Positions 1 through 12,900 of a stretch of 49,747 nt of DNA are shown here, piece by piece. The notes under the pieces are model-generated. The model had not been told where the DNA came from. It did no database searches and saw nothing but the letters and a program-made list of their open reading frames with translations. Both the position numbers and the translations under genes were made by a program. Origin of the DNA: Octopus bimaculoides (taxonomy: Eukaryota); NCBI RefSeq assembly GCF_001194135.2, contig NC_068986.1:10598266-10648012 (forward strand), in the 5' to 3' direction. Numbering within the stretch: position 1 is the first letter of the stretch; each line of letters opens with the position of its first letter.

Positions 1-807
1 TTTCTGACCTCTTCTACTCCATCTAGAATAGAGATAAACAAGACCGCCATCTAAATCCTTTGCACTCACTACCCTTCTCCATAGCTATAAAAACAGGAGA
101 CCTCCAAGCAAACTTCCTCTCTTTCTCTTTTTAGTCACCATCTGTGACGCCTCGACAACTTAGTCGCTGGTTGGTGGCGACTGGGCATCTGAAGCCATGG
201 ACACAAGCAGGCATACGAGCTCGCATCCTTTTCTCTATAATCCTACCATCTCTCTCTATATATAAATACTACTATGAGAAAGTGTACATACAGATACAAG
301 CAGAAATTCTAAACCTTGTATGCTTTACATACAAACTGTTATGCTATTACACTGGCCTACCCGTCGTGGTATGGCAACAATTAAAGTAACGGGAAATAAA
401 TACTTCTTATAAAAATGTTGATCATCGTTCTATCAATAACCTTTACATTGGTGACTCTTCACAAAAACTTTAACCGTTACAAGTATATATGTTTGTGTCT
501 CCTTTTCTTGACATTATATGATAGTTGTAAATAAGTGTCCCTGTCATACAAGCAGTGTCCTTCATCTCTAGTTTTCTGTCAAAATATGTCTGGCAATGGA
601 AAAATATTATTTTACTTGGAAATAGGTGATGGGGTGGCAACAGGAAGGGCAACCAACTGTAGAAAATCTGGCTCAAATAAACTCTGTCTGATCCATGCTA
701 GCATGGACAAGTGGACATTAAATGAGGAAAATGAAGATATTTTAGTATTTTAGTAAAGGACAAAAAAAAACCCCCCAAAATGTTTTGTAGCACAAAGTAA
801 AACTTAC

Positions 808-933
808 AGCTAACTGAGGCATTTTACGCATTAGTTCTTCTAAACTGGTGAAGCTATCGATGTGACAGGATGGATGAAGCAAAAACAATTGTCGAGCTTC
901 ATCAACACTTCCCTGGAGTAATAAACGGTAAAT
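808..933 (-). CDS. NUP85: NUP85 exon 8 (IYRLLLQGSVDEARQLFLLHPSCHIDSFTSLEELMRKMPQLA)
   Basis: TTCAG acceptor, GTAAGT donor, 126 nt; LQGxxDEAR and MRxMP motifs. Confidence 0.95.
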
Positions 934-3900
934 CTGAAAATACGAAGAGAAATAAATTATTAAACAATCTTTAATAAAAAAAAATTACTATTTTTAAATC
1001 TCGCAACGTGAGTATTCAGCAACAGTACTTTGTAGTAAAGATTATTTGCCTCGTTGCCAGTGCCCCTGGACTGGCTCTTGTGCGGGTGGCACATAAAAGA
1101 CACCATTTTGAGCGTGGCCGTTGCCAGTACCGCCTGACTGGCCCTCGTGCGGGTGACACGTAAAAAGCACTCACTACACTCTCTGAGTGGTTGGCGTTAG
1201 GAAGGGCATCCAACTGTAGAAACTCTGCCAAATTAGATTAGAGCCTGGTGTTGCCATCCGGTTTCACCAGTCCTCAGTCAAATCGTCCAACCCATGCTAG
1301 CATGGAAAGCGGACGTTAAACGATGATGATAACATGGCAGTCCTGGTTTAGGACGAATGTTGCTATAATTTAACCCCAGGAGACATCATCCTCCAGCTGG
1401 CTATACGACACAATTTGTGTCCTTATATTTTCGAACAAGGGTGCTAGATTCCCTCATTTGAAAATATAAGGATACAGATCATGTCGTATGGCCAGCTGGA
1501 GACGATGTTTCCTGGGGCTAAATTATAGCAACATTCGTCCTAAACCAGGACTGCCATGTTATGTTGGCAAGCAATCTTTCTGTTTAAAAAACAAACATTC
1601 TGGGCAGAATAAATCATTTCTGTAATTTTATTTCAGTAAAATATCTTTCCCACTTTTCCAGTTATTATATTTAAATACTGAAGTCTGGCACTGTCCTACC
1701 TCTGCTCTTATAGGCCAGTAAGATTTGGGCTACTACGAAGAGGATAGACCATCAATTGGCTTGATGCAAAGGGCCATGGAGAAATCCATGCTTGGATTAT
1801 CATTATGAGAGCATATTCGAAATGAGATAATTCAAGAACAGAGTGGAGTGAATGATGTGATCACAGAATATCGAAACTACAAGTTTCACTAGATCAGACA
1901 TGTTACAAGGTTCACAGACAACAAATAGACCCATGAAGTTGTTGAGTGGTAGCCAAGAGATCAGAAAAAGCCACTTGGAAGGCTCCCACAAGAGGAAGAT
2001 AATTCAATCAAGCAATTTGGGTCAAGCTGAAAAGAATGGTGCAATCAAGACAGAATTGGAAGTGCATTGTGATCAGTGGTGTATAACATAATCTGATGAT
2101 CTGGTCAATACCATCATACTGGGATATTTCAAATTGGGCAACATTCCCTTTAATCATAATGTCATAAGCTGCACTGGTTGGACTGTTTGACAGGAGCTGG
2201 TAAGTCAGATGCTTACACCAAGCTCTCATGTCTGTCTGTGTGTCTTTGTATCCGTCTGTGTTTGTCACAACGCACACACACACACACACACCTCCACCAC
2301 TTAGCAACTGCTGTTTGTGTGTGTATGTCCCTATAACTTAGCGGTTCAGCAAGAGAGACTAATAGAATAAGTAAGTACCAGCATAAAAATACTTCAGTAT
2401 TGAATTCAACTAAAACCTTTCAAGGTGGTGCTCCAGCATGGCAGTACACTGCAATGACTAAAACAAAGAAAGGCTAAAAGGAACAGCTGCTTACATTTTC
2501 TTCTTCCTATACTCAGTATACAAAGAGATGAGGATGATACTCACAGCTTCCCAGAAGCGTGGATGGTTCTCAGGTTTTTCATTCTGTATTATTTCTGTAG
2601 CCAACTGGTTCCCTTCTGTGAAGTGCCACCTGATCCATCCTCGTAGCTGGCGTATTGGGGCAGCACCTGAACAATTACACACACATATGTATACATACAT
2701 ACACACACACACGTGTGTCAGTCAAGATTGAGACAGGCACAACATCTGTTGGAGACTTGTGTTTAGTTTAATATTTAATAGAAGAGGGAGAGAGGGAAAG
2801 TGAAAGTAGGAGGAGGAGGAGGAAAGGTTGACAGATGAAGAGAATAAAACGACGTGAGAGAAAGAAGAAACAGAAAAAGAAAAGAGTGGGGAAGATAGAA
2901 GAAGAAAAAAATGGGAGGAATGTAGTTAGGAAAATGAAACAGAAGAGGAAGAAATCAAGTTAAACAAATGGAGCTGGTAAATCCTTGCAGGAAACCTAAC
3001 CGAGTTTTCAAGATCCACACAAATATTAGACAGAGATAAGTAAAATTTTTTAATATAATTTTCTATGCAACATTCCGAGAGATAAAATCGCACCATTAGC
3101 CAGATAATAAATGAAAAGAGAAAACCTGCAAATATTATTCCAAACAAGGTAATTACACGAACCCCGTGACAACTTATTTTTAACCAAGTCACATGACTAA
3201 TTTGTTTTAATTACATGGGGGGGGCCATTAAGATTTTGTTTCATTAGATTGGAGCCTGGTGTTGCCATCCGGTTTCACCAGTCCTCAGTCAAATCGTCCA
3301 ACCCATGCTAGCATGGAAAGCGGACGTTAAACGATGATGATGATTTTCTACAAGTTGTTTTTTGCAGTTATTGCTGTTTTGATGTTTATTTTTTTAACAT
3401 ATTTTTCAAAAAAGTTTACATAATTTGAAAAAAAAAATTACACACCACTGAGGTGGTATCTATCACTGAAGAGGTGGAATCATATTGGAACATGTCTGAT
3501 GATCTGCCAAAGTCATTCAGAGCTGACAATTGTTTTTACACTGAAAGTCTACAAGGAGAGAGAAACGTATTCTCTAAGACAAAATCCTGCAGCAAAGCCA
3601 CTTGCATTCTAAGGAGAAAGGTTGTATTAAAAATATACGTGCACAGGATTATTTTGATCTTCACTGCTTTGTGTGCCTTTACTGAATTAATTCCAGCTTG
3701 GCAGGTTTTAGCACACACCATCAAAATTGTTGTTTGCTGTTTTCTACATAGAAACACAAGTTCCTCACTGACTGTAAATGAACAAGGCAGTAGCTATAAC
3801 TGAGGAGGTGAAAATACACTAAAACACTGGTGTCTGTTGGTGTCATCTCGAACTTGGTGTGTTTTTGTTTTTTAACACTACCTCTACATACAGTGTGTAA

Positions 3901-6900
3901 GATTTTTTCCTCTCTCAGACAAAATTCTGCAGTGAATGCCATTCGCATTCAACTGTGAAGGAATGTTTTACACCTAAATGTACACGTCTTTATTTCCACC
4001 CTTGCAATTTCATGCGTTTATATTAAATATACTATATATGCTTAAGTGAACAAAAGTACTTTTACAGCATATATTTTATGATTCATAGCTGAAATTTTTT
4101 TTTTTAGAAATCAAAGAATTGTGAAGTGTTTATCCAATGAGACGTTTATTATTGAAAATTTTCAAATGTTTTTCAGGTGCAAAGGCTTAACCCATTATTT
4201 TACCATGTTTGTTGAAATATTGTCTTTGTTTTAATTTTGAAAATAATAAAGAATTTAGGAAAGTAACTTTGTCATTATTAAGCTGGGGGTTGGAATTTAA
4301 ATTAACATGAAATTTTGATAGGTTTTAAAACTAAATTATTTTAAAACAGAAAATTTAAGGACTAAACTGGGCCTGAAGGGATAAAAGGGGCTAAAATAGG
4401 TCATGGGGTCAAAACAGGTCAGAGGGCGAAAAGTGTTAAAAGCATAAGAAACATCTATGGAGTGAAATTAGAAAGACATGAGATTAAAATATTTTTAATT
4501 CCAGGCAACTTTGGATTAGAAGAGATTAGATTACCTGGCATGGTGTCAATGTAAAGAATTTCACACAGACTCCAAATCAATTCAATCAGATGGAATATTT
4601 GTTGTTGATCTTCAAAGTGGGCCTTCATCTCATCATCGATAATCTTTTCTGAAAAAGTAAAGAACAACCATCATTAGCCAATAAATTAAAATATATATAT
4701 ATATGTATATATATAATCACTGTCATTTTAACATCCGTTGTCCATGCTGGTATGGGTTGGACCATTTGACTGGGCTGGTATGGTGGAAGGCTGCACTAAA
4801 CTCCAGTCTGACTTGGCATGGTTTTCTATGGCTGGATGCCTTCCTAACGTCAGCCACTCCAAGAGTGTAGTGGGTGCTTTTACGTGCCATTTGCATGGCA
4901 CTGGGGTACGTTTACATGCCACCAGCACCGGTGCCAATTTGCATGTCACTGGTATCTGCCACAACTGAGATCTTGCTCGGTTTGATGGGTCTTCTTCTCA
5001 AGCACAACATAATGCCTCCATGAGGACCAACACTCGAAAGGAACTCAGCCACCTTACTCCTGTGAGGCCCAATATGTGTGTGTGTATATATATGTATATA
5101 TATAAAGAAAACAGAAAATAGAGAAATATTGATGAAAACAATCAATTATTATTTATTAATTCAATACAAATAGACTGCATTTTGATAAACCCATGTTTAT
5201 CCTTGTTTTTACCTATAATTTATGAGCATAATATGCCTGCTTATGTATGCCCATGGTTAAACATAGGTAATACACCGGTAGTGTAATGGATACTTCTATC
5301 CCTTAGACGGTAATTTTAACCTATAACTCGACTAACCTATATATATATATATATATATATATATTGGGCCTCACCGAGGCGATGACTACTGACCGAGACC
5401 TTTGGAAATGTGCTGTGCGTGAGAAGACCCGGCAAGCCAAGTAAGATCGTTGCCAGTGCCCCTGGACTGGTTCTTGTGCGGGTGGCACATGAGATGCACC
5501 ATTTTGAGCGTGGCCGTTGCCAGTACCGCCTGACTGGCTCCCGTAGGATTTTCGAGCGAGATCGTTGCCAGTGCCCCTGGACTGGCTTGTGCGGGTGGCA
5601 CATAAAAGACACCATTTCGAGCGTGGCCGTTTTCGTGCGGGTGACACGTAAAAGCACCCACTACACTCTCTGAGTGGTTGGCGTTAGGAAGGGCATCCAG
5701 CTGTAGAAACTCTGCCAAATTAGACTGGAGCCTGGTGTTGCCATCCGGTTTCACCAGTCCTCAGTCAAATCGTCCAACCCATGCTAGCATGGAAAGCGGA
5801 CGTTAAACGATGATGATGATGATGATATATATATATGTGTGTGTGGACAAATATAGTATATTGCTGTAATGTGTAGGAGTAATATATAGCTGATATAACT
5901 GTTATTTGATTGGTTGATTTCTCTAGTCAAGCTTTACATCATAAAGAGAGAGAGTAAGAAGAGAGATTAAAAGAAAGATACAGAGGGAGTTAACATAGGA
6001 GGCGAAGGAAGAGCATCATTATTTTCTAAAAAATACACATTTTTCTTTTTTAATGAAATTCTGCAAAAATAGGTTTTAATGTAGATTAAATCTAGAAAAA
6101 AAAATTAGGAAATATTTATTGTAAATATACAAATGAGAAATTTGTTTTATTCAATTTTATTTTACGATAATTATTTTTTCAAAATATTCATTTCATTTTA
6201 TATAAGCACCAAGAAATTTGATAGAAATTAAATTACAATTATTGTACATATGCCATAATCCCTGATATTACCTACGATTGTAAAAGCATACTTCCAAAGT
6301 TACTCATCATAGGATAAGTAACACTCTTGTATTTATATACAAGATAAAAAGGGAAAATACAGTTATTGCATGTATGCCATATTCCCCGATGCTATCTATT
6401 GTGACAAAAATGCACTTCAACAGTTAACCATCAATTATTTTATTTTAAGATACAGAAATAAATTTATTTCTCAAACGCGTGATAATGCTATAGATAGCCT
6501 CATGGCTGGCCAGTAACGTATTTTTCTGCATTATATGGATAATTTATCCTGATCACGCTATTTATAGCATTATCACGCGTTTGAGAAATAAATTCATTTC
6601 TGTATCTTACAATACATCTCAACGCTTCTAAAACAGAACAAACTTTGTTTGTTTACTTTCATCATATTTTATTTTAATTTTTTAATGTCTACACTTACCA
6701 GATTCATATTGTAAAGTCCAGCAACAACCCTTCACAACAGAACGATAATGACGACTGGCTTTTATTAAGCTGAAAAATAAATAATTTCATATCACTGCAG
6801 TGCATATAAATATATAGAAAATAAGAAAATACAATATTTGTCTAATATATAGAAAATACAATATTTGTCTAATATATAGAAAATACAATATTTGTCTAAT

Positions 6901-9900
6901 ATATAGAAAATACAATATTTGTCTAATATATAGAAAATACAATATTTGTCTAATATATAGAAAATACAATATTTGTCTAATATATAGAAAATACAATATT
7001 TGTCTAATATATAGAAAATACAATATTTGTCTAATATATAGAAAATACAATATTTGTCTATCTCTCTGTTCAGGTGTAACACTCCCAGTACAAAGCTGCA
7101 CCTGATTACTAAATAGCAAGAGCTGAGCTAAAACTCCAAGTCCTGGAGTAAACATCAACGTTCTCAGTTCAAACCCACTCTCCATGTTTCACTGTACATT
7201 TAATTTAATGTGCCTCAGTCCACCTTATAACAACAAGGTACCATGGTATCTTATGTAGCAAGAGGACGTCATCATCGTCATTGTTTAACATCTCTGTTCC
7301 GTGTTGGCATGGGTTGGACAGGTTAACAAAGCCCAGCGTCTGGTTTTGGCATGGTTCCCCGGGTTGGATGCCCTTCCTAACACCAACCCCTTTACACACC
7401 ATAATAATTGCAATATTCATTTCTATGTAGGAGTAGCAAGTGGTTAAGAAGTCTGCTTCACAACTATGTGGCTTTGTGGTTTCAAGTTCAGTTCCTTCGT
7501 GTGGCACTTCAGGCATGTTTTCTACTGTAAACTTTGGCTGACCAATGCCTTGTGAGTAAATACAGTAAATGGAAACTGTCTGGAAGCCTGCCTTATTTGT
7601 GTTGTGTTGCTATGCGTCTTCGTATCAACACATCTTGGACAACAGTGATGTTATGGCCCAAATAGTGTGGAAGCTCAACAGATCAACAATGCTAAGTAGT
7701 ATTTCCCTGTGACTGGACATATTTTTACAAAAGACTGAAAATGAACATCACTTGTTTCTTCATTGGGCAAAGCATCTCTGATGTTTATTTTACCTGGGTT
7801 TTAATGAAAACAAATCATAATTTTGTCAATTTGATGTCCAAACAATAGCAAAACAACAAACAAGGACATTCAACTGCAAATGAAGAAGAACCAGTTTCCA
7901 AACAGGCTGGGTTTAGTTCTTTAGTAAAAATTAAACAAAATGAAATTTAGTAACTTACTAGTCTTTTAACTCGGTATCGGACAACTTCTCAGCTTGTTGT
8001 TGCAAAGACACAAATATATCTAAAAACAGTTTAAAATCATGTTACATTACAGAAACACAAGTATATCCAGACAACATAATATTTCCCCATTACCCAGGCA
8101 TGTTTTCACAAAAGACTGGAAATGAACACCACATGTATGGTGGTGATGCTCATTTACAACCATCACATAAAGGTACAGACATACACACATGTATAATGTG
8201 TTGTTAGTCATTCTTCATTCTTCAATAATGTTCTCTACACCCCCACCATCCCATCCTCACATAGAACCATCGAATTCTATCCTCATGCACTGTTTCACTC
8301 TCTCTCTCTCATCCTTTCTCCTGCACCCTACCCAACCATGTCATCTCTCTCTCTTGTCCTCCTTCTGTCAATTGTATCATCATTACTACCTTGTTGCTGC
8401 TTTCTTCTTGTATCCCTCTATCTTCCCCAACTCACACACTGTTGGCCATCCTTACCCCCATACCCATCTTTCAACTGTACCCAATCCTTACAAACATTGG
8501 CCTACCTATCCCCCTCCTGTTTCCCCATCTCCAGCCCCACACTTCATACTCTCTTGTAAGCCCCAACTCACCCCAACTCCTCATTCCTCTGTCCCAACTC
8601 ACTTCTACTAACCTCATATCTTGAGGCACCACCTTGACACCTCACCATTAATATTTATCTCTCTGCAGCTACGATTGATTTATTCTCTCCCTTTCTTCTA
8701 AATGTGAGTAGCCATGGAGTTCCCCTACAATAAGAACCTGCTCTGCCCCATCCCTTAACCCTCATCTGCTAGCGTAAAGCCCCTTCTCTCCAGTTTAATA
8801 GGGTCGCAAGTACTGGTAGCATGAGAAAAGCACCCAGTACACACTCTTGGAGGGCATCCAGCCATAGAAACCATGGCAAAGCAGACAATAGAGCTTGATG
8901 CACCCATCAGACCTTATTGAGTTGTCCAACCCATGCCAGAACAAAACATGGGCGTTAAATCATCATCATCATCACCGTTTAACATCCGCTTTCCATGCTA
9001 GCATGGGTTGGACGATTTGACTGAGGACTGGTGAAACCAGATGGCAACACCAGGCTCCAATCTAATTTGGCAGTGTTTCTACAGCTGGATGCCCTTCCTA
9101 ACGCCAATGAAGATTATATATATGTATACATACATATGAAACACAATGGGCTTCCTTCAGTTTCCATCTACCAAATCCCTTCACTAGGCTTCAGTGAGGT
9201 CAAAGCTATGGTAGAAGACACTTGCCCAAGGTGCCATGCAGTGGGACTGAACCCAGGACCAGATGGTTGGGAAGCAAGCTTCTCAACCACACAGACACAC
9301 CTGTGCTTTGGTGAACATAGCACAGAGCTAGGGCAAAGAGGTGACAGTCAATCTTATTTCAATGCTTATATGTATTTTCTGGATTGGTGAGTGGTGGTGG
9401 CCATGGTGGTCGGGTGGTGGAGAAAGTGTACTTTGCATGTCAATCAATAGGTAACAGTTATTGTTCATCAAATACTAATTAACAATACTTACTGTGGGAC
9501 TCATTTACGAGACGCCGCATAATTGGTGCCTCCATTTCTTTCTCCCATTTCACTTCGTGTAAGCCACCACCAGCATGTAGATTCTGGTTTATGTGATCTG
9601 CAACGATACCAGAACAGAAAAAAATAAGAAATGATATCACATGGTATAAAAATGTAACTATTCCTTAAATCTGGAAAAAATTTTAAGGTTTGTTTGTCTG
9701 GTGTTAAGTGGATGAAGGGTGGTCTCGTAGCCACCCTGAATATGATGTCAGGTAACATTCATAAGCAACATTCACATTTCACAATTAAACAATTTGTTGT
9801 TCTTTTATTCTTTTACTTGTTTCAGTCATTTGACTGCAGCCATGCTGGAGCACCACCTTTGGTCGAACAAATCGAGCCCTAGGACTTATTCTTTGTAAAC

Positions 9901-12900
9901 CTACTACTTATTCTATTGTTTTTTTTCTGCCGAACCGCTAAGTTACGGGGACGTAAACACACCAACATCAGTTGTCAAGCGACAAACACACACACACACA
10001 CATATATATATACGACAGGCTTCTTTCATTTTCCATCTACCAAATCCACTCACAAAGCTTTGGTCGGCACAAGGCTATAGTAGATGACACTTGCCCAAGG
10101 TGCCACGCAGTGGGACTGAACCCGGAACCAAGTGGTCAGGAAGTAAGCTACTTACCACACAGTCATTCTTGCACCTATATTTGCCTTTGCTTGAATCAAT
10201 TTTGAAAATAACAAAGAATTTAGTAAATTTGTGTCATAGAACCAAGGTATTAAGAGATTCATACCAGAAAAATCCATTGCTGTTAGGAAAAAACTGGGAT
10301 CTTTTTTAAAACGGGGGCCACATTTTTCATTAATGTTTTACGTAGTGTTTTTGGTACCGAAAGACTTTCAAACTTCGTATACTTATCTATTTTGTGTTAT
10401 AGAACAGAAAAATATTTTTGTATTCGAATTTATTTCATGTAAAAAATTGTCTTATTTCGATAATTTCAACCAATCACTGACAAGCATTCAGTTGTTTACA
10501 TTTACTCCTTTGGCTGATTAAGTCATAGCTTCGTTTTATTTGCTTTTTTCATTTTAAATTTGCTTTTTTCATTTTCTTTTTTTTTCTTCGTTTTATTTGC
10601 TTTTTTCTTTTTAAATTTGCTGTTTTACCCTAACCTTATCACCGATAGAATTGTTTCAGAATAATTTGTTTATGTAGTCGGCACTTAATGTATATCAGCT
10701 GAATGGACGTCAGTGATTGGTTGAAATTACAGAAATACGACAACTTTAACATGGAATAACTTAGGGATTTCTTTCTTTTTTTAAGAAGACTAAGAGAAAA
10801 AGATGTTTTATATGACACATTCTACCAGTGTTCCAAGTTTCAAAGTGTTTCGTTAATGAAAAACGTGGCCCCCGTTTTAAAAAAGATCCAAAAACTGTAA
10901 TAATTTGTGTAAATAATGTGACAGCAGGAACATTATAATCTAAGTTTAGCTTCAGATAAATAAAAATAGAAAGTTTGCCTGTAACAAAACATTTCTCCAA
11001 GCTCTCAATAAATCAGACCAACTTTACTAAAAGTACATGTACGTAATGTGTGATTACTATTACAATGCATTGGCTTGCATTGCACTGTTCACCTTGTAAC
11101 ATGCTTCCTTAATACACATAAGGTAAACACGTAACCTATGTGTAGTGAGGAAGAGCCACACGAAAAACAAACCTTAAATGATGGAGGACTACGGGAGATA
11201 AAACCACTAAAGAAACAGGTGTAAAGTTGAAAAAGATTATGACACAAACCTGCATCATTGCATGCTTTGCTGGCGCCACCATAAACCATTAGTTTGTTAC
11301 CAATTCCACAAACTGCAACAAGGCCATGACTAGTTGACACAGGATCAGCAATTTTCTAAACAAAAAAGAAAGAATTAAATAACAATAAATAATAACATTT
11401 ACAACATAACAACAAATGCTTCTATGAAAAGCAGAGCCAAAGAAATCTTTTAAATATAGCCATCTGACCATTCAAGAATTTAATTGGAAGAATTTAAGAA
11501 ATACAAGATTGTTATGCATGGAAGCATAATATGCTTTCAAACCATGCGGTCTGGGGTTCAGTCCCAATGAATGGCATCTTGGACAAGTGCCTTCTACTAC
11601 AGCCCCAGCTTGACCAAAACCTTGAGAGTGGATTTGAAAGAAGCTCTTTGTGAATGTGAGAGAAAAAGAGAGAGAGAGAGGAGGGTGTCTGTCTCCTTAT
11701 TCTGACACTGTGTGATAGTTGTAAACGAGAGTCACTGTTGTTCATTTCTAACATTCCATAGAAACATGTCAGACCATGGGAAATATCACCTTGCTTGGAA
11801 ACTGGTGAGGGTTGGCATCAGGAAGGGCATCCGGCCATAGAAAATCTACCTTTCTAAATTCCATCTGGCCCATGCAAATGTTGAAAAGTGGACGGGCGTA
11901 GCAGTGTGGAAAGAAGTTTGCTTCCCAACCACATGGTTCTAGGTTCAGTCCCACTGCATGGCACCTTGGGCAAGCGCCTTCTACTATAGCCTCAGGCTAA
12001 CCAAAGCCCTGAGTGGATTTGGTAGATGGAAACTGTAAGATGCCCATCATATATGTATTTGTGTCTTTGTGCTTGATAACCGGTGTTGGTGCGTTTACAT
12101 CCCTGTAACTTAGCAGTTCAGCAAAAGAGACCAAAAGAATAAGTAGCTGGCTTTAAAAATATAAGTACTGGGATTAATACATTTGACTAGAAATTCTTCA
12201 AGGCAGTGCCCCAGCATGGTCACAGTCTAATGACGGAAACCAGTAAAAAATAAAAGATGATGATGACAATGGTCTGAAAAGATTTAAGATTTCTGTTTTT
12301 CCTAAGAACTTAAAAACAAAATACTTCCAACAGAGAATCAAAACATAGTCTTGGTTCTCCTCAACTTTGGGCAAATGTCTTCTGCTGTAGATCCAGTTAG
12401 ATCCATGACTTTTGAGTGAATTTCATAAATAGAAATGGTTTTGGAAGCCCATCATATGTAAGTAGGTGTGTGTGCTTTGTGTTTGTCCCCCACCACTGCT
12501 TGAGTGCTGGTGTTGGTTTGTTTATGTCACAATTTGCCTGGTGATGGTGCTACATAAAAAGCACCAGTGGTTGGCATTAGGAAGGGCATCCAGTTATAGA
12601 AACCATGTCAAAATAGATAATGGAATGTGATGCAGCTCCTGTTAGTGTCCAACCCATGCCAGCATAGAAAACGGACATTAAATGATGATGGTGACGGTGA
12701 TGATGAATTTAGCAGTTTGACAAAAGAATCGGTCCCAGACTTCAACGAATAACTACTGAGGTCAAATAGTTCGACTAAACCCTTCAAGGTGATGCCCCAG
12801 CATGGCCGCAGTCCAATGACTGAAATAAATAAAAGATGAAAAATATAGAATTTTAGTCCATTTTAATGGACTAAATAGTTTATCAACAATAGTAATTAGT

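Noticed and set aside
3453-3803. 116-aa plus-strand ORF
   Set aside because: Antisense within a NUP85 intron, with no motifs or splice support.
6787-7185. 132-aa ORF with RQILYFLYI repeats, or a CRISPR-like array
   Set aside because: It is a translation of the 27-bp minisatellite; the units are contiguous with no spacers, and it lies in a eukaryotic intron.
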